A stretch of 64,000 bases of DNA, taken from positions 63,404,788-63,468,787 of the forward strand of contig CM120640.1 in NCBI GenBank assembly GCA_051362555.1, read 5' to 3'. This DNA comes from Lingula anatina (lineage: Eukaryota > Animalia > Brachiopoda). The translations under genes were made by a program, and so were the position numbers. The notes under the pieces are model-generated. The model had not been told where the DNA came from, made no database searches, and was given only the letters and a program-made list of their open reading frames with translations. This document shows, piece by piece, positions 39,201 through 48,316 of the stretch (its first letter is position 1; the number at the start of each line of letters is the position of its first letter).

Positions 39201-39578
39201 TGGTTTTGATGCCACAATGGTAGTGTATGGTGTGAAGATGATCTATGTACCTGTGATGCCAGGGCACAAAAAGAGACTGCCACAAACGTAAGTAGAAGAT
39301 TAACTCCAGCTTAATATAAGTTTTTCTCAATGGTTTAAGTAATGAAGTGCACTGGACTAATTCTGTGGTGTGTGCTTGCATGTCAGTGTGCTCGTCAGCA
39401 ATCATGCACTGATACTTACATAGATATTTTGTAAGCTAATAATGTATTGTTTTAACTGTGCAGAATGCAGAAACTTATCAACCCCTCCCCAGACAAGCAG
39501 TATGTGGACCTAGTGGTGTCGTTTGAGGGAGATGATGGGGAAGATATCCCAGGACCTCCAGTGAGATACTTTTTTTGA
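22798..39578 (+). CDS. UBA6: Ubiquitin-like modifier-activating enzyme 6 (E1), about 1014 aa, 35 coding exons
   Basis: Exons: 22798-22829, 23375-23469, 24641-24669, 24903-24997, 25851-25962, 29070-29150, 29332-29454, 29627-29750, 30014-30123, 30299-30361, 30715-30791, 31247-31313, 31571-31714, 32095-32162, 32348-32426, 32769-32846, 33116-33193, 33337-33385, 33891-33920, 34096-34201, 34444-34549, 34869-34958, 35171-35251, 35501-35629, 35798-35849, 36166-36229, 36615-36684, 37234-37305, 37439-37559, 37746-37825, 38100-38213, 38561-38688, 38857-38944, 39193-39287, 39464-39578 (total 3045 nt, phases consistent). Motifs: [63 protein letters not shown], active site [32 protein letters not shown], and the UBA6-type C-terminus [16 protein letters not shown]...[15 protein letters not shown] at 39746. 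Confidence 0.97.
25163..25458. mobile_element. Degenerate copy of the TTAA-flanked non-autonomous element at 56400
   Basis: Shares ordered blocks (agggataa...ttttcctgg...cttaccaatgg.aatgaatccatt...aatctcttaagag...ataactgct...gtgaaatata...ttatccctttaa) with 56400-56737. Confidence 0.75.
26472..28133 (-). CDS. Secreted C-type lectin with long coiled-coil stalk (about 333 aa, 3 exons), nested antisense in a UBA6 intron
   Basis: Exon 28133-27518: signal peptide [17 protein letters not shown] plus Q/L/K heptad coiled coil. Exon 27275-27114: [13 protein letters not shown]...[29 protein letters not shown]. Exon 26695-26472: [16 protein letters not shown]...[11 protein letters not shown]...EDCILM...[17 protein letters not shown]. 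Both introns are phase-1 GT-AG; EPN and WND motifs are intact. Confidence 0.93.
28250..28330 (-). promoter_or_regulatory. Candidate lectin promoter motifs (GATA sites, CRE palindrome)
   Basis: ctgataagatag at about 28252 and tttgacgtcaaa at 28318-28329, 120-200 bp upstream of the lectin ATG. Motif match only. Confidence 0.3.
30578..30684. repeat. Perfect 53-bp tandem duplication in a UBA6 intron
   Basis: agtgggtgctttttaattgagaagtgttttctgttcaaattactgatgtttgc occurs at 30578 and at 30631. Confidence 0.92.
32510..32576. repeat. (ATTT)n microsatellite
   Basis: Tetranucleotide run in a UBA6 intron. Confidence 0.9.
36258..36291. repeat. (AAT)n microsatellite
   Basis: Trinucleotide run in a UBA6 intron. 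Confidence 0.9.
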
Positions 39579-41784
39579 CAGCTAAATGGAACATAGAGAT
39601 AGATGTCCTTGGATCTTCAGATATTACTTCAGCAGTGAAATAACAGACAAAGGAGATTTACCAGCATTTCATAGTGATCAGGTCCATGTGATGGATAACA
39701 CTATATTATATAAGAGCAGTCTTTTATTTTTAATGTCAGACACTGAATAAAGGGTTTATTGTTCAACAACAGATCATGTTGAAGAAAAACATGTCACATT
39801 CGTACATGTACTTGTAATTGAAAGTGTGGCTGTCATAGAGCCATTGGAGATAAGAGTACCCAAGACTAGCCATGAAAAGTTATTTACTACCAGGATATGT
39901 TCATCTTAGCCTGTAGATCGAACCAGGGGAGCTGGCTTAATGGACACCATCTGAGATAGCCTGAAGACCCACCACTTAGCTTAAAATCAAGAGGGATGTA
40001 GCAGGATTTAGAAAAGAAAGTGGGACCAGAAATAATTACAGACTAGCAAGTGTGGTAACAAGCTGCCAGAATTAATCTATTACCCAATGGCTCATTGGGC
40101 ACATGAAACAAAACTTATTTCCAGGTTCTTCTTGAGGACACTGGCTGGGAGCACATAAATGAGCTTGTCAGTATCATGGAGGACCATAGGGTCTGGAAGA
40201 CTATTTATGCTATCACCTATGATGATGATGATCATTATACAATAGTTCAAATTCACCATGCTTTGCATGTGTCCCCTATGATTTGCTTTCTAAGACAGCA
40301 TTCTGGAATGTCTCCTCTGTACCTGCCTGTCAAAATGTACCAGTATATTACTGTTTATTCAAAAGACCACGAAAAGGTCATGAATGAAGCTGTAAACAGT
40401 TAAAAAAATTAATGGTTGGATTTTTTCATTATCCTGTGAGTAAATTAAAAGTTTCTTGAACTACATGAAAATGAAGAGCTTTTGTGTAATTTGCTATCAC
40501 GGTAGTGAAGATAGTGCACCAGTATTTTTGCTTAGGCCAATGGAAAAAAAGTTGATTTATGAAAATTTCAACAGTATTAGTCGAAGAAGCCATTAAGTTT
40601 TTATATAAAATATGGAGCTGATATGCTGGTCCTATGAACAATAATATATTTTGAAGTAAAACTAAGGACACCTGTTACCTGTATGAACATAAAGCAGAAG
40701 GATCTGAATATCTTGCTGACTTGTTTGGACTAAAGATTTTAAGGACAGAAAAATAAACATTTGGTTTGCTATACAAATCTTTGTTTTTATTACTGTGATA
40801 AATGATTTGTTCGGATACTTTGAAATACCATATGACTATGAAGGTTGACGGCACAAACCAAGCTGGTTTAATTGCTTGTCTGTAATCATCATTAGGATAA
40901 ATCCTTGTTTTTATCTGGACTTCAGAATAGAAAACACTCAATCTTTTTTAATGTATTACGTAAGTTTTATGTTTCCATGTAGTTTTATGATGATTATTAT
41001 TATAATACCAATCTCGACCATATAACAAAACTGGTTACTCATAAACTATGGAAGGCACCTTATTTTATTTTAATGAATTTCACATTTTCATGGACTTCCA
41101 TTTCAACATGCCACCAACAATGTGGTCATATTAAGGCAATGTTTTTATATGGGTTTTATTTAAGCACGTCCGTTTTCGCTTTCAGTGCATGTAAATTTTT
41201 AAAAAAATGAAAAAAGTTCTCTTTGTCCAAATATTTTTCAGTAACCGTGCTGAAAATGCATGCCTGCCTAGAGACAACATCAGGGTACAATATAAGGCTA
41301 CTGGCACCCGCCATTTAAACGCAGCGCACACTCTCCGGCAACGGACTTAACTCACGGTGATGACACGCTTGTACTAGGACTTATCCTTACATACATATTA
41401 GCAGTGATTAATAGCAATTTATTTCGCGTAAAAAGTTCCACTTCAGATATTAAAGTTATAAAAATGCAAATTTACAGTCTCTGAGGCATCCGTATGGGGA
41501 TACTTTCTGGCTAGAGTAACTGTGTAAAGTTAAAAGACAATTTAATTTCTATTGCTTGAAATTTTTTTTTTTTCGGAAATCTTAACAGGTCTTCATTATA
41601 GACGTTCAGGGTATATGTAAACATGACAGTCGGGCAGACGCGTCATTCTTGGGATTGGAATGACGGATGAAAAGGAGAAAATATCACCGTATAGAAACAC
41701 TGTCTTTGATTGCATTGTGGCCGATTTCAAGTTACCTGTTTAGGTGAAGGTAGGTGTACTTGTCGTATAAATAAAAACAGACTA

Positions 41785-41825
41785 ACAAACAGGGGTGAAA
41801 ACATAACCTCCTTTGCGGAGGTAAC
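41785..41825 (+). mobile_element. Possible 3' terminus of a Helentron/HINE-type non-autonomous element
   Basis: aaacataacctcctttgcggaggtaa contains the hairpin ACCTCC-TTTGC-GGAGGT, resembling terminal hairpins of helentron-derived repeats. Recalled resemblance only. Confidence 0.35.
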
Positions 41826-42144
41826 AAAGGAAAATATTAAAATGTAGTAGTAACTTTTCAACAGTCAGTGTCAACCTAGGTACATGTGTAGTGACCACTG
41901 ATAGCTGTGCTATACAGCAACCAGGTAGCCCTTAGTCCCATAGACACTGATAAATACAACTTTCAAAACCCTTTCCTTCGTAATTAGACAATTCGCAGTT
42001 TTAGCAATTATCAGTGCTACCATGGCGCGCGCTAACCACTTGTCCGTAAGATTTTGTCTCCGGAAATTTTAATGAGTTCTTTGTTTGAAACAACCAAAAT
42101 GTCTATTTGTTTTTCGTGTTGTTTTACAGTAGTCAAGAGACACC

Positions 42145-44024
42145 ATGAAGTCGGGATATATCACGTGCATTCTTCTTTGTCACACTTTGCTTGGGGCTCA
42201 AACCCGCAGCACTATCAAACCCATAAAATCTACTACACAGCATATCCGCAAGCCTTCACAAAAATATCACACATATGGAAACCCTACGTTTCCGTGGCCT
42301 AAGTATGAACCTCCGAGATATATCCCAAAGGAACCTGAAACGTGGCCACCGATCGCGATAGCTTTAGGGATACCATTTAATAAACCAAAAGGCTACGGGG
42401 TTTGGCCCCATTTGTGGCCCCCAAGATGGCCCCCAAAACCCCAACGAATTCTTCCAGAGAAGAGCTACCCATTCAAACCTAAACCTGAGGACGATGAAAA
42501 AAAGAAAGAGAGAAAGAGACGCAGAAAATACCCATTCGGTTTAAAGATGATGGAACACCCAGGCAAAGGTAAAAACAATTCTAGGATGAAACCCGCCTAG
42601 ACTTACTCAGCAACGGGAATGGAATAGGCTTATATAGATATCCTTCTGTTTTCAATATTGCAATATCTACAAGGACAAGCAATTCGAATACATACTAGTG
42701 CAATCTTCTTTATTATTTTTTTTCGTTCGAGGTTTTTTTTTTTTTTAATAATAATAATTTATTCAGCTTTGAATGTTACAATTTAACATTGTTTGCTGTC
42801 TAGTCTAGCTACTACAGAATCTACCATATTGTGCTTACGTAAAAAGAAAAAGTGCTACTTCATCGTGCTGCTAACTGTATATACTGTGATAATGCTTTTA
42901 GTGATTTCTGATCTTGAGGGTTGAGGAGGATGAATAGTTTCTGATCACTGCCTGCTAATTCATAATTTTGTCTCACAGTGTTTGGGAGGGAACTGAACAT
43001 ATTTTGTCGCTCTATTTGGTATTTACTACATGTGAGGAAGAAATGTTTCTCATCCTCTATTTCCGTTTTACAGCTTGTGCAGGTTCTTTGTTCCAGGGTG
43101 ATTTTCATGTGCCTGCCTTTCTCTATCGCCAGCTCGTGGTCACTAATTCTCATTTTGGCAATGTATTTTTTGTCTGAGCTTGTGGCGTTCATTTTTAAGT
43201 AATTTTCAAGAGCGTATGAGTTTTTAATTTTTCGATATGTACATGTACGCAGTTTATTGTGGTTCTCCTTGTTCAATTCTTCCCAAAAAAGGCCTTCGAT
43301 TTTTAGATTAATTTCTTTTTCTAGGTCTGGTGTTTCATCCCAATGTTGAATTCCCCAATTCTGTCTAAATGCTGCCACTGTTTTAGTCCAATTATCTATT
43401 TTCAGGTGTTTTTCTTCGCTTAATGTTTGTTTCAGTATTCTTGTATTCGGGAGATTTTTAAGTCTGATGTGGTATTTTTGCATGGATTTAATTATATCTG
43501 TAAGGATTGGGTATCTACCCAATTCTGCTCTGCAGGCATTATTACTGGCAGTTTTTCTCACTCCTAATACCCATTTGCACATTTTTAAGTGAATTTGCTC
43601 GAACGACGTGTTATTGATTTCATTTAGGCTTAGTGATTTTTGTTTGAGAATTTCCTGACCCCATACCTCACTACCATAGAGTAAAATTGGTTTTACAGTT
43701 CTATCAAATAGTTTCATTTGTAATAGTGGATTAGATATGTTTTGGGAGGATAAAGTGCTTTTAAGCGCAAACATGGCCTTCATTGCTTTTTGTTTTAGAT
43801 TGTGCATTGCTTTCTTGAGGTTACCTGTATTGGTGAAGGTGATACCTAGATAAGTATATTCTGTAACGTTTTCCAGGATGTTTTCATTTATTGTGAATTT
43901 TAGGTGCTGTTCTGTTTTTCCAGCTTTATTGAAAATTAATATTTTGCACTTTTTCTCGTTTACCTGGATTTTTTTCCTCACCAAAAGAAAAGGACGTGTG
44001 TAAAATTCTTTTAATACGTGTAAT

Positions 44025-44057
<33 letters not shown>

Positions 44058-47000
44058 TCTCATACATTGCCTTGTAGGAAAACATTTAAAAGATTGATAG
44101 ATGGGCGTTTAACTTACATTTCGTATTTATTGTTTATTTTCGTCATTTAGTGAAGAGAATTAAGGCTGTGAAACCTGGTCTAGCTGTTGAAAACCAATTT
44201 ATATTCAAATTGTGGAGTAATTGTACAGATTACGAAGGTACGTTATGTTATAAAGTGAGGTCGTAATGCAAAGTGACTGCCTGTAAATTGTGTCTGTTCC
44301 TCCTCTCTCTCTCTCTTAGATGAAATGCATTAATCCAACCTTTCTCGTTGTTTAGCCCCTTTTCAGTCATAGAGTTATTTTAATGGAGAACTATCTCAAA
44401 AGAACTCAATGATGTGAGCGATGTACTTGCCCATTAAGGTGTTGCAACCAAGCGCAGTGCGACAAGTACAAAACTTTTTGTAAAGGCCATTTCAAACAAG
44501 ACTATGATTCGTGAATACATATATTTTTACGTTTAGCTGGCAAAGCTTTCGCTCATGCAAAACTTCCATACCGAATGCGCCACCAGTTTGGGGACAACAG
44601 CAATCTCGTATGGCTGAAGAACGTGAGTGAAAAGTGAGTATTTCATTTGTAATGCAGAATAAAAATTAAAGCAGTTGAATTCGCTTGAACGTGTATATTT
44701 GTGTACCTATTTCTGATTTTCCATTTCTAAGATATCGTATTATTCTACCTAGACAGCTTGAAGAACTTCAGGAGTATACAGATGTATTTGAATTGATTGA
44801 ACCGGATCTCATCACAAATATTACATGTACCACATACAACGCCTCGGGATTTTATCGATGGGTGAGTGGTGTTTTTCATTATATTTTGTCTCTGTGTATG
44901 TGTATTTGTTTGTGTTTAGTTTAAATGTTTCTGAATTCAGTGAAGCAGCCTAACTATTTGAAAAATTTCAAAATGATAAACTGTTAAGAATCGAGCAAGT
45001 ACGAGTGTTATTTAAACATCAAACACCATGACACAGAGGTACTCTCGTCGGACATAACGTTAGGGGGTCTTTATTTTTTGACCGCCTGTTTATATTATTT
45101 TTGACCGCCCGTGTCCATTTAGATATTATAATGTTCAGATATTTCAGGCCTACTCTTTCATTAATAACACCCCCTCACACACATCAGATGATAAAAGGGG
45201 GGGGGGGGGTTAAAGAAGAAACTAAGAGGGATTGTATGCCTATTTGGATATCTGCTTACACGCAGGATCTCTGTTTTTGCCCTTGAAATTATGAAACGTT
45301 ACAGCCACCTTCTACTTAAAGTACTCATCGGAGAAAAAATACTTTTAAAAAGAGGTTTTCACCTCCTCACTACCATAGCGAGCCACATATCAACCCAAGC
45401 CATTTGCTGTGTTCCACCCAAGGCACCAGTGTTGCTGGCACCCAGGCTAGGACCCAATGACTCACGTCCCTTCACTCAGCTATGGCAGTAGTTGAGTGAT
45501 TTGACGAAGTCCTGACCGGGGTCGAGACCGGCTCTGATTAAAGTGGTCGGAGTCTCCCATATATAAATGGATTTGAGTTCGAGTAATAGCCTGGGTGGTA
45601 GCTACAATCTACATTAGGGTTTTTCTCTCTTACCAATATAAATGCTGTACTGTGCGCCAAAGGAAATTGGGTCGTTCGGTTGTTTGAAACAATTTTTTTA
45701 ATGTTTATCTTTATTTTAAATAAATAATGTTGTATTTTATTTAAATGTTATAATAGATAATAAGTAATGTGAAAAAACATTACCAAATTTGGAAGAGCAG
45801 AAAGGTTATTCCCCTGTAAACGAAACTGAGGGGGTTTCCCATTGACTGATAGTATATATTGTTGTTGCCGTCTGTATTTTTAGATACCGCATACTTGCCA
45901 GGTAAGCTCTATTGCAGAATACGTGATGACAGGATTGTGGTTACTAAACCAGGATATTGATCTGTAACCTAAAGGACTAATTATTTCAGTGACAGAATTC
46001 AATTTTATTAAAATTGGGAAAATAGACACTTTCTCATTGAGTCGCTGGTATTAATATTAAAGCGTTCAATTCCCGGCGTTCAATTAGCAACAGGACTGTT
46101 TAATGTTGAAAACGAACCATGGTATAGTACTCCCTTTTGGTGTAGAAACACTAAGCTTCCATTTACAATCAATCCAAATAAGACCCCCTGAAACTATAAA
46201 TAAATAAATACATGTATAATCATTAATCGTGCTGTTTTATGTATGTAAAGGTTTTCATTTTAGATTGTCATTGTTGTAATATGTAATTATTAGGACATAG
46301 CTTTTTCCTAAAAAATGTGCTGAAACCAATAAATTTTTTTATTCTAACATGCACGTCATATTTTTATAGGGCCTCGATCGACTGGACAATGTGGACCTGG
46401 CAGTTGCCTATGATTCATCATTTAAGATGACCACAGCTGGCATAGGGGTGGATATTTACGTGGTGGATACCGGAATAAATAAAGATCACGAAGATTTTGG
46501 AGGGCGCGTCACTTATGGATATTCCATTACCTCTACGGCGGCTGATGATCACGGTCATGGAACCCACGTGGCCGGGATATTGGGTGGGACAAAATACGGG
46601 GTGGCCAAAGACGCCAATATAATTGCGGTGAAAGTAATAGACAAAGACGGCACTGGAACAGTTTCTGACTTTCTCAACGGGATACAGTGGATCCAAGATC
46701 AAATTAGAATAACAAAACGGAAATCTGTGGTTAATGTTTCTCTCCGTTGGCCACTCTCTGAATCTGCTAATTCTGCCGTCGAAGGCCTGGTAAAAGACGG
46801 TATTGTCGTCGTCGCTGCCGCTGGAAACGATAGAGGGGACGCCTGTCAGTATTCGCCAGGCAGTGAACCGTTGGCAATATGCGTAGGGGCAACAGACTGG
46901 TTAGACAATGTAGTGTCCAGTTTTAACAGTGGTTCTTGTGTGGATATTTATGCCCCTGGGTTGCAAATAAAGAGTGACTGGTATACCAATCACACAGCAA

Positions 47001-47221
47001 CCATGCTTCAAAGTGGAACTTCGTCTGCAACAGCGTTCGTTGCCGGGACAGCGGCTGTGTATCTCTCTGCCCTACCAGAAGAAGTCGTGCCTTCAAAAAA
47101 TCTAGTGGCTGAAGTCGAATCTCTTCTGTATTCAACAGCAGCCGCTGTTCTGTATTTCGACTTCATAAACGCCACCTTGGCGTCAGAATGCGTCAATCGA
47201 TTGTTGCAGATCACATGTTAG
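42145..47221 (+). CDS. Secreted S8 subtilisin/proteinase K-family protease, paralog A (about 522 aa, 5 coding exons)
   Basis: Exon 42145-42568: signal peptide plus Pro/Trp/Lys-rich region, ending KYPFGLKMMEHPGK. Exons 44151-44237, 44537-44633 and 44753-44861: I9-like propeptide, VFELIEPD...W. Exon 46370-47221: GLDRLD, VVDTG, HGHGTHVAG, AAGN, DACQYSPG, GSCVDIYAPG, SGTSSA. Phases 1,1,2,0 are consistent and all introns are GT-AG. Confidence 0.9.
42733..43984 (-). mobile_element. 5'-truncated LINE retrotransposon (RTE-X-like), antisense in the first coding intron of protease A
   Basis: Open 374-codon frame 43984-42860 with post-RT motifs YTYLGI, KPILLYGSEVWG, RAELGRYP, RISDHELAIEKGR and C-terminal CxxC...HxxxxC. 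The 3' end on the minus strand is AATAAA-(TTA)3-A14 at 42733-42763. No RT catalytic core or endonuclease is present. Clade assignment is from memory. Confidence 0.9.
45300..45490 (-). mobile_element. Possible degenerate tRNA-derived SINE
   Basis: The minus strand begins actgccatagctgagtgaag...gggtcctagcctggg, resembling decayed A-box and B-box motifs. Weak. Confidence 0.25.
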
Positions 47222-48273
47222 AAGAGATCTTACTATTTAATGCGTAATTTTTTTGTTGTTGTTTTCTTCAGTCTACCCGCTACAGTAAAATATACCCAAC
47301 CTTTTCGGATATAACACAGATTAATTAAAATAAAATAAAATAACTGTGTTTATTTATAGAAGGTAGCCATGACATCCATTTCAGATATTTAAGACTTACT
47401 TTTAAAAGGAGTTTTTCGTGTAAATTGTTCTGTTCGAAGAAGTATGTGTTTTACAAATAATGTCTTGTTTTGTTGAGGTTGTGGTTTTATTTCATGACAA
47501 TTTTTCCCTGGTGTGTACTGATAACTGTTATCACAGCCATGCGAAATTAATGTTTTGTAAATTATTAAACGCAAAATTAGGCGCACCTTTTTAAACATAG
47601 CAAGATATTCAAACGCTATATCGCAAACACACACATTCTGTTACATTCTTTGAAAATAGATATCTCCAATGAGAGACTTTAAATGACTTTAAAACAACTT
47701 ACGGTAAAAATATGTGCTATGCATTTGATGCCTAGGTTTTTGCACATACAGCAAAACAGAACACAGCAACTATATATAAAAACAACCTTTCTTTGCTAAC
47801 ATGTTAGAGAGCGACATACGAGAATTTCAAGGATTCTTCCCGAATTAAAGCCTCCAACAGATCATTTAAAGTGGTCAGCACTAGATCATCTTTAAGTTGA
47901 TAAAACATCTATCAGTGCTATAGATTTGACGAACAATTTGCACTTTGGTTTGGAAGTATTTTGGCTAACAGTGAGATTTTTTAAAAACGCACTATTTAGG
48001 CTGATAAGACATGTAGAACAGCAGAATAAAATATTCCTTGAAAAATCCACTGCGTACAGTATAAGCATTTTAATAATCTGTATCTATTTATCTACATAGC
48101 TTTAAACTTATTTATTTACTTCTTTATTTATTTATTTTATTTTTAGAACAACCATATACGGGAAGAAAGTCCTTTTTTCCAAATATACATAGATATATCT
48201 TAATTTAAAAAAAACCACTTGGACTGAGATTAGTTTCCTATACCATAAGAAAACTGCCTGACGGTTTATGTAA

Positions 48274-48275
<2 letters not shown>

Positions 48276-48313
<38 letters not shown>
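48276..48313. repeat. (AAT)n microsatellite
   Basis: Trinucleotide run; it explains the poly-Leu ORF 48132-48395. Confidence 0.9.

Positions 48314-48316
<3 letters not shown>

Noticed and set aside
42145-42600. 151-aa Pro-rich ORF as a stand-alone gene
   Set aside because: A phase-1 donor after 42568 and the KYPxG...PGK junction shared with paralog B indicate it is exon 1 of protease A.
44822-44829. TACATGTA in protease A exon 4 as a transposon footprint
   Set aside because: Paralog B has the aligned T(Q)CT codons, so this copy is ordinary coding sequence.
46391-47221. Intronless bacterial-type protease or contaminant contig (also 55065-56000)
   Set aside because: Both ORFs are last exons preceded by acceptors and by spliced signal-peptide and propeptide exons, embedded among animal genes. 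The listed ORF starts are artefacts.
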